Source of the DNA: Octopus vulgaris
Lineage: Eukaryota
DNA: 64,000 nucleotides
NCBI GenBank assembly: GCA_951406725.2
Contig: OX597830.1
Location: 69,874,001-69,938,000 of the forward strand
Reading direction: 5' to 3'
Both the position numbers and the translations under genes were made by a program. Shown one piece after another: positions 1 through 13,271 of the stretch. The notes beneath the pieces are model-generated. The model had not been told where the DNA came from. It worked only from the letters and a program-made list of their open reading frames with translations, and did not search any database. Within the stretch, counting starts at the first letter, position 1. Every line of letters starts with the position of its first letter.

Positions 1-569
1 CGTCTCACTTTCTGACAACAGCACGTAACGTATTTTGCAGGCTCATATGACATCAATAAATCATTAAAAGTGTAGCTTCTTCATTGCTTTAAACTGTCAA
101 ATTCAACAATGAGGTAAATTATATATTATATTATTCATAAAATTACTATCATAATTTTCACTTTTTACTATAGTAATCTGCCTGTTTTCCTTGTATGTTT
201 TGGTTCGTATGTGTTATTTCTCAACGTAATGTTTCATGTTTTTAAATTAAGGTACATACGGTTTAAAATTTAATGTTTTCTATCAAGTAACTCACACGTT
301 GCAGCTTGGAGCCTGTAATACAGAACCGAAAACGAAACTGAATCAAGCTTAAATTTAATTATCGTCTAACGACAATAAAATTCACATAAAAGATTCATAA
401 AAACGATCGTTAAAAATGATAAAACACACTTCAGTAAGCAAGAAAAATTGAGAAATAAATCTTTTTCTAAGCGAACATGTCTACCAATAAATATTCGACT
501 ATCAAAGGAGAGCATAACTTAAAGGGGCCAACTATGGGAATTTCCGGTGGGCTCAGTGAGCCGTTGATT

Positions 570-760
570 CACAGATTCAAGGTCTTGGAGAAGATTGGTA
601 TTAATACCTGTCCCCATCACCATCGATATGATGGAAGTAAATGAATGTGACAGGACGGTAGTTGGCAAAGTCAGAAAAGGGTTACACTTGCTGGAAGGAA
701 GCACAGCATACCGTAGCGAGTTTCCATCCCTTGTCAATTCGTAGCTTTCCCCCTTTCCGG
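570..760 (-). mobile_element. Decayed LINE reverse transcriptase fragment (CR1/Jockey-like)
   Basis: Frameshifted minus-strand translation gives WKLATV...ANYRPVTF / TSIISMVMGTGINTNLLQDLES, resembling the NYRPISLTSIISKVME..I...LL.YLE motif of APE-type LINE RTs. Confidence 0.55.
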
Positions 761-951
761 TATGAGGTGCTGCGGAGGAGGTAAGCCCCTCATAAATGCA
801 GCTTGGTTAGAGGGCGCTTCGAACTGACTCGGTGTATTTACACCTGTTTGTCTATAACGAGAAATTTTCTCCATGACAAACTACAGTAAATGGCTTCGTT
901 ACCGGTTCGAATATGCTCCAAGCATACTTGAACAGATAACAAGCAAGCTTG

Positions 952-1023
952 CATGTATGTATGTATGTATGTATGTATGTATGTATGTATGTATGTATGT
1001 ATGTATGTATGTATGTATGTATG

Positions 1024-1054
<31 letters not shown>

Positions 1055-1091
1055 GTATGTATGTAAGTATGTATGTATGTATGTATGTATG

Positions 1092-1126
<35 letters not shown>

Positions 1127-1443
1127 GTATGTATGTAAGTATGTATGTATGTATGTATGTATGTATGTATGTATGTATGTATGTATGTATGTATGCATGT
1201 ATGTATGCATGTATGTATGCATGTATGTATGAAAGTATGTATGTATGTATGTATGTATGTATGTATTATGTATATGTGTATGCATGTATGTATGTATGCA
1301 TGTATGTATGTATGTATGTATGCATGTATGTATGTATGTATGTATGTATGTATACATATATTATATATGTGTATGTATGTATGTATGTATGTATGTATGT
1401 GTGTAAGTATGTATGTAAGTATGTATGTATGTATGTATGTATG

Positions 1444-1474
<31 letters not shown>

Positions 1475-1475
1475 G

Positions 1476-1506
<31 letters not shown>

Positions 1507-1587
1507 GTATGTATGTAAGTATGTATGTATGTATGTATGTATGTATATAAGTATGTATGTATGTATGTATGTATGTATGTATATAAG

Positions 1588-1621
<34 letters not shown>

Positions 1622-1790
1622 TATAAGTATGTATGTATGTATGTATGTATGTATGTATGTATGTATGTATGTATGTATTATGTATGTGTGTCTGTATGTA
1701 TGTATGTATGTATGTATGTATGTATGTATGTATGTATGTATGTATGCATGTATGCATGTATGCATATATGTATGGATGGATGGATGTATG
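952..1790. repeat. (ATGT)n tetranucleotide microsatellite, about 840 bp
   Basis: Direct sequence; source of the MYVC/YIHT ORFs. Confidence 0.98.
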
Positions 1791-1799
1791 CATGCAACA

Positions 1800-3056
1800 C
1801 TCGATCAAATAAGCCTAACAAGAGATACAGGAATCTGGGTGTCCACTTGTTCAACCCGGTTTTCGGTTCGCATGTTTCAACTAAGATTGCTGGAAAATTT
1901 TTTGCCGCTTTGGATAAATGTTTTCCTAGGCGTAGGAGTGGCTGTGTGGTAAGAAGCTTGCTTACCAACCACATGGTTCCGGGTTCAGTTCCACTGCATG
2001 GCACCTTGGGCAAGTTTCTTCTACTATAGCCTCGGGCCAACTAAAGCCTTGTGAGTGGATTTGGTAGACGGAAACTGAAAGAAGCCCGTCGTATATATAT
2101 ATATATATATGTATGTATGTGTGTGTATATGTTTGTGTGTCTGTGTTTGTTCCCCCAACATTGCATGACAACCGATGCTGGTGTGTTTACGTCCCCGTAA
2201 CTTAGCTGTTCGGTAAAAGCGACCGATAAAATAAGTACTAGGCTTACAAAGAATAAGTGCTGGGGTCGATTTGCTTGACTAAAGGCGGTGCTCCAGCATG
2301 GCGACAGTCAAATGACTGAAACAAATAAAAGAATAAATCTAATCGGTATCATGCTATTTTTGATCGGCACACCGTGAAACTATCCTACACTAGCTTTGCT
2401 AATTTAGAGCAGCTTATGCACCGCATAAACAATAGTAAAATGCGACAAAGTTTCAATGACTCACCTACTGGATCTCGCGAACATACACATCTAAATACAA
2501 ACAAAGCCGCAATGAAAAACATCAATTACAACCAAATTGTAATAGGAGAAATGCTTATGATATATCTAACATGGTAACAACGTCGGAAAATGGAGTCGGA
2601 ACTACTTTATATATAAATAAATAACATAAATGCTCATGCAGAGAAAAATCAAAATGCCCATTGATGAACCTCTGTATGAGTACAAATCTTGTATATAAAT
2701 GTACCGTAGGCACAAGTGTGTGTGTGTGTGTGCGTGTAGGAGGGGCGTATGTTAAGAATCGTTATTGTAACCATGTCGCCAGCTTTAAGAGAGTCAATAA
2801 AACATTCAACATCTTTGGCCGATTTTGTATGGCGACTGAAGGAGGATAAAATTAAGTACAGCATAATTTGGTCCATAGCAAGGCGCGCGAAACCATACAA
2901 TATAATTTCCAGGAGATGCCGTCTCTGCTCTGAGGAATCCCTGTCTATTCTGTGGACTAATGAGAAGATCATTAACAGAATTTCTGAAAGACTCTCAAGA
3001 TGCCAACACACATATAAATGTACTTTCGCACAATGCAGTGGGAATGGATTTGAGTA
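1800..3056 (+). mobile_element. Penelope-like element 3' fragment (post-RT linker and GIY-YIG endonuclease), interrupted by SINE-A
   Basis: LFNPVFGSHVSTKIAGKFFAALDKCFP [SINE] NRYHAIFDRHTVKLSYTS...CMSTNLVYKC...STSLADFVWRLKE..IKYSIIWSIARRAKPYN...CRLCSEE...CQH; frameshifted. Confidence 0.85.
1927..2338 (+). mobile_element. SINE-A, full length (tRNA-derived head, CORE-like box, internal TA/TG microsatellite)
   Basis: Head gtggctgtgtggtaag (A box) and gggttcagt.cc (B box-like), caccttgggcaagt CORE-like motif, tail ggcggtgctccagcatggc...aaagaataaa; many copies in the window. Confidence 0.92.
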
Positions 3057-3114
3057 ACTGTTAACATAATTTACTTTAAGGTATGGATGAATTAAGTTTA
3101 GTTTTAACCTCCTC

Positions 3115-3940
3115 ATTCTTATAAACACCAAGAACCAACCATAATACCTCCAATAATCCCTGCCCAAGTCATGATACCTCCTCCCCCTTGTTGGCGTCTC
3201 AAGCTTAGATGACGATCTCGTCCATTTACAATCCATCCCTTGCTCCAACCATTAGGTCCATCAAGGGTATCACTAGTTTTGTTCGTAAACAAAACTTCTG
3301 AAAAGTCGACAATGAGGGTATCTTCTGCCCATTTCAGGCGATTTTCTATGTGTATTTTGTTTAAAGGAGACCTTTTAACTAATGTCACTGGTTTACCAAC
3401 CTTTTCTAGAAGATGACATCGGATAGTTCTAGACACAGTTGTTTCGCCAATGTGATTGAAAATTTCACTTGCAAGACCTGAGTTTTTTTTTTTACAGATT
3501 CACCCTTAATTGGTGACAAAGAACGTTGAGAAACAGCCCTTGACTAACCCTTGTCGGCTCTCTTACGTATCTTCGTAGGAGCTGTAACAAATTTTTTCGC
3601 AGTTTGGTGATATCTTCCAATTATTTTAGATATTTCTAATATTGATTTACCGTTTGCAAGTTCAGAAGTAATAATAGATTTCTCTGAAGCGATTAAGTCA
3701 CATTTACGACCCATAATTACACGATTATCAGAGCACTCGTTAATAATTTGGAACACTGAAAGTTCGTGGAGATCATGTAACGGTTTGTTTACACTTGCGC
3801 GAAAACCTCACGCTTTTTACACACCAAACGCATATAACTGTTGTCACCATACTGTGGAAATTTCGTTGAATTCCAACGTGCAGTTTTTAAATAAAACAAA
3901 GAAAAAATGTTACGTCGTTAATAACTTGAAACGCAGTGTG
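3115..3940 (-). mobile_element. Tc1-like transposon, 5' half (pseudogenised transposase)
   Basis: MGRKCDL..SEKSII...GKSILEISKIIGR HTH region; RLKWA...VLFTN.....LDGPNGW....RRQQGGGGIMTWAGII; terminus cactgcgtttcaagttatt next to TA at 3941. Confidence 0.85.
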
Positions 3941-3989
3941 TATACACACACACACACACACACAGACACACACACACACACACACACAG

Positions 3990-4028
<39 letters not shown>

Positions 4029-4030
<2 letters not shown>

Positions 4031-5237
4031 GAGGCATGACAGAAGTAAATAGACACCCCATAAAACATCGTTTTTATGTTTATTCTAACTTGTAAAGGTT
4101 TATATTTTTTATTAATTGACATTTTTATGTTTCAGGTTCTATACGTGACTGTTTAATCATGCCATGTACGAAAGAAGCCTTGGGACTGTCTGAATTTCAA
4201 AGACACCGTATTGTGGATCATTCTAAAGGTGGACATAGTCAGCGTAGAATCGCAGAAAACCTTGGGATCCCGCTTTCTACAGTTAATAGAGTGATTGTGC
4301 AATTCATTAGAGAGGGGAAGAAGTCCACATCACCTCGCTTAAATCAACCAGGGCCCTCTAACAGGACCCTTCTCTTTGCTAAGATAGGTATGAAGGTTAA
4401 TCCTCGTTGCAAGGTCTCTGACATAGCAGAACAGTTGTCAGATATCTCCACAAGCTTGGTTACTATGGCAGAACAGCATAAAGAAGCCACTTCGACCATC
4501 CAACATCAAGCGGAGAAAAGATTGGGCCAGTGAGATGGTGGAGAGGCCACTAGCATTTGGGGACACTGTCATATTCTCTGATAAGTCTAGATTTGCTGTG
4601 TTTTCTGACAGTGGTCAAGTGTGGGTCTGGAGAGTCTGTGATCAAGAAATTGATGCGAAAAGATTACAGCCAATAATGAAACACTGCCGCTATTCTGTGA
4701 TGGTCTGGAGAAATGGTTTATCAGAGCTAGTGGAGTGTGAGGGAAACATAAACTCAGATAAGTATGTGTCCGTATTGCAGAAAGGACGACTCCTTCCAAT
4801 CTTCAGTGGTGAAATGATTAAAAAAGACTATTTACGGAAGATGGTGCTCCTTGTCACACAGCAAAAAAACCCCCCAAAATTGGTTGGAAGAGAATGACAT
4901 TAAAAATCTTCCATGGCCAAGCCAGTCACAAGATATTAACCTTATTGCGCACTTCTCAATAATGGACAGGACACTTCATAAAAAGGACAAGAAAGCATTT
5001 TCAAAGCCAGATCTTTTGAAATTGCTGCATGAAACTTGGCAAGAAATTCCTCAAGAGAATATTCATCATCTGATCAATGACATCCCTAATAGGGTCCGTG
5101 CATTGAAAAATTCAAAGGACATGTCTGCTAAATATCAAATATTCACATTATAACAATTAATAAAGAATTTGAATGTATAATTTCAGATTTAAATAAATTT
5201 TAATGAAATGATTATATTTACTTTTGTCATATGTGTA
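4029..5237 (+). mobile_element. Near full-length Tc1-like transposon with frameshifted transposase
   Basis: ORF pieces 4159-4533, 4535-4897, 4851-5153: HTH ([20 protein letters not shown]), VIFSDKSRF, EDGAPCH, LPWPSQSQDINLI; degenerate TIRs atgacagaagtaaata (about 4037) and tatttacttttgtcat (about 5215). Confidence 0.88.
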
Positions 5238-5240
5238 TGC

Positions 5241-5297
<57 letters not shown>

Positions 5298-5299
5298 CG

Positions 5300-5484
5300 T
5301 CATTTGACTCCGGCCATGCTGGAACAGCGCCTTTAGTCGAACAAATCGACCCCAGGACTTATTCATTGTAAGATTAGTACTTATTCTATCGGTCTCTTTT
5401 GCCGAACGACTAAGTTACAGGGACGTAAACACACCAGTATCGGTTGTCAAGCGATGGTGGGGGACAAATACAGACACACACACA
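5300..5484 (-). mobile_element. SINE-A 3' half
   Basis: Reverse complement of the SINE-A tail region. Confidence 0.85.
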
Positions 5485-6078
5485 CTGAGCTCCAGCTAGC
5501 TAAGAAACATATGTAGCTTACATATTACCTATTACACTCCTTTAAATTTTGGATTATATATATAGCTACACACATAATACACACACACACATTCTTTTAA
5601 GTTTATCTCTACAGTTTATCTCTGGGGTCATGCTGGTGAACCACCTTGAAATTATTTAGTCGCAGGAGTGGCTGTGTGGTAAGTAGCTTGTTTACCAACC
5701 ACATGCTTCCGGGTTCAGTCCCACTAGAATTCAGAGTCAGCACCGCAAGTAACAATGCCTCGTAAACGAATACGCCTATCTATATTACAATGACTGAAGA
5801 AGTGCGGGGCAGTTTATTTTTTCTCCCTACGTTATTAAAAAATATCATATTACTTTGAAGAAATAATAAATGAATATTAAAAAAAAGAATTTTTAACTAT
5901 AAAGTTTATTTGTATATTAAACATAAATTATAATGCTTAGTATTACAAGATTCGCTTCTGTTTTAAATGCTGTTTTAATTCCATATATAAACAGATAACT
6001 TTGCTTCGCGTTCGTAAAAATGTAATAAAGCGGAAAAAACAACAGCAACAAAATAAGCGAGTACATTACTTTACAAAG

Positions 6079-6310
6079 GGCGGCGAGCTGGCAGAAACGT
6101 TAGCACGCCGGGCGAAATGCGTAGCCGTATTTCGTCTGTCGTTACGTTCTGAGTTCAAATTCCGCCGAGGTCGACTTTGCCTTTCATCCTTTCGGGATCG
6201 ATAAATTAAGTACCAGTTTCGCACTGGGGTCGATGTAATCGACTTAATCCCTTTGTCTGTCTTTTGTTTGTCCCCTCTATGTTTAGCCCCTTGTGGGTAG
6301 TAAAGAAATA
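6079..6310 (+). mobile_element. SINE-B, full length, with 17-bp TSD
   Basis: ggcggcgagctggcagaaacgttagc...gagttcaaattcc...gcctttcatcctttcgg..tcgataaattaagtacc...taaagaaata; TSD tacattactttacaaag at 6062-6078 and 6311-6327. Confidence 0.93.
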
Positions 6311-6429
6311 TACATTACTTTACAAAGTATTACGTAGTGCAAAAACAATAATCCCTATCTAATAGAATTAAGCCTTCGAATTGTGTTAGACTGCGGTCAT
6401 GCTGGTGAACCACCTCGAAATTATTTAGT

Positions 6430-6880
6430 CGCAGGAGTGGCTGTGTGGTAAGTAGCTTGTTTACCAACCACATGGTTCCGGGTTCAGTCCCACTAATAGT
6501 GGCTGTGTGGTAAGTAGCTTGTTTACCAACCACATGGTTCCGGGTTCAGTCCCACTGGGCAAGTGTCTTCTACTATAGCCTCGGGCTGACCTTGTGAGTG
6601 GATTTGGTAGACGGAAACTGAAAGAAGCCCGTCGTATATATGTATATATATATATATGTGTGTGTATGTTTGTGTGTCTGTGTTTGTCCCCCTAGCATTG
6701 CTTGACAACCGATGCTGGTGTGTTTATGTCCCCGTTACTTAGCGGTTCGGCAAAAGAGAACGATAGAATAAGTACTGGGCTTACAAAAGAATAAGTCCCG
6801 GGGTCGAGTTGCTCGATTAAAGGCGGTGCTCCAGCATGGCCGCAGTCAGATGACTGAAACAAGTAAAAGAGTAAAAGAGT
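6430..6880 (+). mobile_element. SINE-A with tandemly duplicated tRNA head
   Basis: Head repeated at about 6436-6495 and 6498-6556, followed by a normal body and an (aaagagta)n tail. Confidence 0.9.
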
Positions 6881-6888
6881 AATAATAT

Positions 6889-7040
6889 CATCTCCCAACA
6901 CAGTTCTTTGCACACGGTCAAATGTATGTTGCATTATCAAGAGCGCCACGAAAAGAACATTTAAAAATATTAACCGAGATAAGTGAAAAGGGTCCATTTG
7001 CTGACAGTGATGTGAGACATTCATTACTCTCTTTTAATTG
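6889..7040 (+). mobile_element. Helitron Rep/helicase C-terminal fragment (PIF1-family motif VI)
   Basis: Translates HLPTQFFAHGQMYVALSRAPRKEHLKIL, matching the LP.PVFSHGQLYVALSR...LKIL signature. Confidence 0.8.
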
Positions 7041-7157
7041 AAATGTCTTTAAGTTTCTTTTAAATTGCTCGGAAAGGGACACTAGAAACACTTAATACGT
7101 CTATAAGTGAATATAATGAAACAACAATATAGCAAAACTCATCTCTTCATATCTCTC

Positions 7158-7521
7158 TCTATATAAAGCTGAAGTTGTCTGTGTATGGCAGGTTTGGTAG
7201 CCTTCAACTAACACTATCTCCTCCGAGACCCTGCGGCGGAAGTTGACCAAAATTGAGAGTATGATAGAAAAAGGATTGCTCTTACTTCCGTAGAAGAAAA
7301 AAATTCAAATCGGACCATGTTATTTACATCAAAAAGGTGCTTTTTTTCTATGAAAATCCCTATTTTTTGACTGATGTGTCGCCATTTTTCGGTGTATTTC
7401 AACCAGAAAATTGTTCACTTAAAGAGAATAACAAGCTACATAATGCAAAATTTCTACTTTTCAAAAATTCCAATTCTAAAGGGTCGAAACAAACCCAAGC
7501 AACGCCGGGCGATACTGCTAG
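7158..7521 (+). mobile_element. Non-autonomous Helitron (about 365 bp)
   Basis: 5' TC start (tctatataaagctg), imperfect 3' hairpin cccaagcaacgccggg at 7494-7509, terminal CTAG at 7518-7521 followed by T; no TSD. Confidence 0.8.
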
Positions 7522-7837
7522 TTGGTAAATATAATTCATTAATTTCCACCAGAGCATCTATTTTCAAATTCATTCAAGTGAAGATTCATGAACATTTTCC
7601 TTTGACAGTCTCATCGCTTTTCCAGTTTTCATTATCAACTTTTTTTAAATGTATTATGGATTATTTTACTGATTACAGAATAAACTATAACAGAGTTTTC
7701 GTTCAATTCATGAGATTGTCTATTTACTCTATAATTTATGTAATCATATCTATATATATATATATAATATCAATATGTGCAACACACATGCCAACAGAAA
7801 ACCGCCTGGAGGCGATCAGTAATAGAAAAAATCAGAA

Positions 7838-7907
7838 GATAGTTGTATATGCATATTTCAACAGTTATTGTTCTTTTATCAGCACCTCATTCATCTCATC
7901 AGCTATC
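7838..7907 (-). ncRNA. Putative (partly decayed) minimal hammerhead ribozyme
   Basis: Minus strand gatag-CTGATGA...(alternative core CTGATAA-aag-aaca/tgtt)-GAAA-tatgcata(palindrome)-TA-caactatc. Confidence 0.5.
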
Positions 7908-7989
7908 CACGAACACATTCTTTAAATAACCACTACTTTTAGTGGATAGGCCAATTTACATATTAAACACATTCCTGACAACTGGTACG

Positions 7990-8119
<130 letters not shown>

Positions 8120-8286
8120 GAGGGGAGGGAGTAAAAGTAAGGGGGTAAAAAAGTTCATAGTATTCGCGTAAGCGCACATGTCCATACCTCAACATGCGCG
8201 CCCGCACACCCACGCACATGCGCCTAAAAAGTATACACTCATCCACCCTCACTTGAAACCTACACATTCTCACCCGCACCATTCGC

Positions 8287-8326
<40 letters not shown>

Positions 8327-8847
8327 CCCCCCCACACACACACACATCAAAAAGGTTCATACACACGTCTATATACGCACAAGCACAAGAACAGGGCTAA
8401 AGGCAACAATAAAGAAAATGGTGTATGGGAGAATAAAAATAAGCAAGAAGAGTAAGACACGTCTACATACGCACATACTCGAATGCACGCACACACACAC
8501 ATCTATATATGCACATACTCGCACACATCCACACGCGCGCACATTCCGTATACATGTCTATATACGCACAGGGAAAATGCAGGGTGGAAGGTAGAATAAA
8601 AAAATATATAAGCAATAAACCTATAAACCAATATCTCTATAAATATGTAAAAAATATATGTATAAAAAATATATAAATATATAAATATAAGTAAAAAATA
8701 TAAAGAGATAAAAAGCTTGTACGTGGACACAATATAGAAAGCAAGTTCTATCTGTAATCTCGTGGGGGGGGGGGAACGTAAAATATTTAACCACGTATGG
8801 GCATGATCCGAAAAGTTCAGTTCTTGAATTCAGACATGTAGCGGGGT

Positions 8848-9410
8848 CTAAGCTGCTTTTCCAGATGAGTCATCTTTCCATATCACATAGACCGCACGTA
8901 AGGACCATATATGACTAGATAATTTGGTCGTTTTCCTTTTATCCCAGTGCCTGAAACTCAAGGTTTGATTATTGAACCTGGCCTTGAAATTACCGTCTGT
9001 AAGGCCCACGTATTTCTTCGTCGAAACCGTGTCCTTAGTGGATATAGAGTCTACGGTGGCTTCATAAATGATGGTCTCGGACATGCAAGCTCCATTAAAC
9101 GGGCGCAAATTTTTATCCCTGCATGAACAGCTGGTTTCGTATTGTGGTTTTTGTGTGTTGTGTGCGATTATATTTTTAAAATTGGTAGTTGAGCTGAAAC
9201 TGATTTTTATGTTATGTCTATTGAAGAGCTTTCTGTAAGTATGGTTGACTGGAACATGTCTATCTATCAGTGCTAAGAAATACTTGCCTATATTGAAGCT
9301 CACCTCGGGTGAGTAGGGGGATATGAACCACATAGTTTTCCTATTTCTATGTTTCCTCTTCTTTATTATTGGACTGGTGGCAGGTGTACAGGTTAATTCT
9401 TCACCAATAA
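8848..9410 (-). mobile_element. Penelope-like element GIY-YIG fragment
   Basis: ORF 8848-9333: WFISPYSPEVSFNIGKYFLALIDRH...KLFNRHNIKISFS...CSCRDK....NGACMSETIIYEATV...KYVGLTDGNFKARFNNQ...LSSHIWSL. Confidence 0.88.
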
Positions 9411-9492
9411 GGGTCTAAAAGATAGTGGTTTCGCGGAAGGTGCGACGCAATGAGACTGAACCTGGAACTATGAGACTGGGAGGCAAACTTCT

Positions 9493-9493
<1 letters not shown>

Positions 9494-9523
<30 letters not shown>

Positions 9524-9757
9524 GCCGCCACCACCACCACCACCACCACCACCACCACCACCACCACCACCACCACCACCACCACCACCACCACTACTAC
9601 TACTATTACTACCACCACCACCACCACCACCACCACCACCACCACCACCACTACTACTACTACTACTACCACCACCACCACCACCACCACCACCACCACC
9701 ACCACCACCACCACCACCACCACCACCACCACCACCACCACCACCACCACCACCACC

Positions 9758-9798
<41 letters not shown>

Positions 9799-9805
9799 AA
9801 CAACA

Positions 9806-9851
<46 letters not shown>

Positions 9852-9942
9852 TACTACTGCTGCCGCCGCCGCCACCGCCACCACCGCCGCCACCACCACC
9901 GCCGCCGCCGCCGCCGCCACCCACCACCACCACCACCACCAT

Positions 9943-9984
<42 letters not shown>

Positions 9985-10000
9985 AACCACTACTACTACC
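9494..10000. repeat. Compound trinucleotide repeat (CTA/CCA/CCG)n
   Basis: Direct sequence; preceded by a decayed SINE-A head on the minus strand (about 9425-9495). Confidence 0.97.
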
Positions 10001-10552
10001 ACACATGTACATGTGTGTGCGTGTGTGTGTGTGTGTTTGATCTTATGTGCGTATTCGTGCGCGAAACGACATTTAGTTATGTCCCTTTCTACTTCTGAAC
10101 TTCTCATTTCGACTATACTGACTTTTGGCTGCTAAGTCTCTGTACTCAACGAAATTCATTACCGACCATGTCAGATACTGAAAAGAAATTATTTAATCGT
10201 CATTTTCTTTGCACCCCACCATGAAGTCTGTATCATTGCACCAATATTAGAAATTATTACATATTTAATAAACTATAAAAAAAAAACAGAAAGAGAATTA
10301 TTTAGTTCATATATATTTCTGAATGACTTAGAAATAACTTATCTTGTACAGATGTGATAATTTCTTCTGTTCCCAAGTGAAAATCGTAAATAATGTTTGA
10401 GGAAACGGCATCGAACTTTGATGTTTTGGGAACATTATTTTTACAATTAGCTATTGTTCTAGTTATTGTTGCTGCTGTTATTTAGCCACAAGTCAGCTCT
10501 GACCAAGCAGACTTGACGATTCCGTCATTATATATATTTTTTCTGCTTTAAT

Positions 10553-10970
10553 AGGCGCAGGAGTGGCTGTGTGGTAAGTAGCTTGCTAACCAGCCACATG
10601 GTTCCGGGTTCAGTCCCACTGCGTGGCATCTTGGGCAAGTGTCTTCTGCTATAGCCCCGGGCCGACCAATGCCTTGTGAGTGGATTTGGTAGACGGAAAC
10701 TGAAAGAAGCCTGTCGTATACATGTATATATATGTATATGTGTGTATGAGTTTGTGTGTCTGTGTTTGTCCCCCTAGCATTGCTTGACAACCGATGCTGG
10801 TGTGTTTACGTCCCCGTCACTTAGCGGTTCGGCGAAAGAGACCGATGGAATAAGTACTGGGCTTACAAAGAATAAGTCCCGGGGTCGATTTGCTCGACTA
10901 AAGGCGGTGCTCCAGCATGGCCGCAGTCAAATGACTGAAACAAGTAAAAGAGTAAAAGAGTAAAGAGTAA
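10553..10970 (+). mobile_element. SINE-A, full length
   Basis: Near-consensus copy with an (aaagagta)n tail. Confidence 0.93.
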
Positions 10971-11359
10971 TGTAATTGAGTAATGTGTTGTGTTGTGTGG
11001 GAGGGATTTAGCTTCTGTTTCTGGAACGTCGGAGGCCTAACGACTACATACTTGTTCCCTCGTTGGCTTGATTAGTCATTCTGGTTTGTGAGATTGTGAG
11101 CATATTTCTGAAGGAGTTATTTCGTCTTAAAACAAAATTCTAGACGTGTTTCCTGAGAAAGAAAAAACAGAAAACTATTTCTCTCGATATTCTTTAACAA
11201 ATCAGAGCACTGGATGACAGAATCGTTAGCCGAGTGGCCGAAATATCTCCAGATTTGTCCTTTTGTGTCCTTATATACAGGTATGTTGGTACAAACAGGC
11301 AAAACAGAACTCAAAAAAAGAACTCAACGCACGAAACTCTCGGACCATGAGTCACTGTG

Positions 11360-11866
<507 letters not shown>

Positions 11867-11868
11867 AA

Positions 11869-12669
11869 GGGTGCGCGTTGCGCTACATGCAACACGAAGT
11901 TAGACGAAAGCAGAGCAAATGGGAAACTAGGCGAAAACTTAACGGACGGGAAATTAGACAGACACGATACACGGAATATTACTTCTTTAGTCAATGACAC
12001 AAAATATTATAGCAGTTTCGGGTCAATTACCATTGATACTGCTCAATTTCGCAGGCGCCAGTGATTTTTATTAAAGTACTGGGAAAGGGCTAGACAGAAA
12101 CAAACAAGACTTTATAAAACAAGACTTTATATAAATACAACAACGAATTATGCATATATAGCAGCTCGAAGCCTTACGGCTATATACAACGGAATAAGAA
12201 TGATAATTATACTTATACCACAAGTACAACAGAAAGAGCTTTGCAGCTATCGAACGACCTAAGTGGGGCTGCGCAAAGAGAAAATGTCCTAGAGGACACA
12301 GCGAGTACCGAGGCCAGTAATGGTCAAAGGTAGGGCGAAAAAGAACAACACCGCCTTCGCCAGGCAGCGGTCACGTGGTAGGCAAAGAAAGCATGCGAGA
12401 GCGGAAAGAGAGTAAGAGTGGAGAAAGAGATAGAGTAAGAGTAGAGGTGGGAAAATATAGACTAAGAAGGAATGAGTGGGGAGAGAGAGAGAGACAGACA
12501 GAGAAAAGAAATGCATAGTTCTTTGTTGCATTTATATAACGTATTTATATAACTGCAAATTTTCCGTGTATCGTGTCTTTGTCTAATTTCCCGTTCGTTG
12601 AGTTTTCGCTTAGTTTTCCGTTTGCTCTGCTTCCATCGAACTTCTCTTTGTATTCTTTCTGTTCAACCC
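11869..12669. mobile_element. Non-autonomous TIR element (MITE-like, about 800 bp)
   Basis: About 110-bp imperfect inverted repeats (11869-11980 vs 12558-12669: aagcagagcaaa.gg.aaacta.gcgaaaact.aacg.acgggaaattagaca..gacacgatacacggaa); GGG...CCC ends within TA-rich flanks. Confidence 0.75.
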
Positions 12670-12681
12670 TATATATATATA

Positions 12682-13271
12682 TAATAAAATATTAGGGAAT
12701 AAATCCAAACTTACAGGGAAAAATCAGATTTAGGATTGAATCCAATTTTATAGTAAAATATTATATTATATTAAATTAGAGATAAAACCACTATTAGGCA
12801 AATCATACAATGAAAAACTTAAGCCAATACATAAGATTAATTAATTTATATTATTTTAAATATATATCAAAATTATTAAAAAAAGATACTTAGTATAACA
12901 CTACCTTATAAATTATAATTATTATTTAACATTATAGTCGATTTGGATATAATCATAATTGTTAAGTTCTATATCTCTAGTTTGATAATAGAGTTTATTA
13001 TAAGTAAAATTATTATATTAAATATATTATTTATATCTTAAAAATATTGTTTAAATATTTCTGATTATATTTTATATATTTCAATCACCTGAAGAATGAC
13101 TGTAACTCGAATTTTTATGAATTGGACAGCCATGAAACGATCGTAGTGTTATAATAATTATCTTTTTTTAATAATTTTGATATATATTTAAAATAATATA
13201 AATTAATTAATCTTATGTATTGGCTTAAGTTTTTCATTGTATGATTTGCCTAATAGTGGTTTTATCTCTAA

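Noticed and set aside
873-1808. Long ORFs rich in MYVC/YIHT, and similar YI, HT, poly-T/V/I/M/D/H ORFs across the window
   Set aside because: Translations of stop-free microsatellites, not genes
11328-11360. GAAA-ctc...gag-TC half hammerhead (a similar half at about 15952-15970)
   Set aside because: No upstream CUGANGA core
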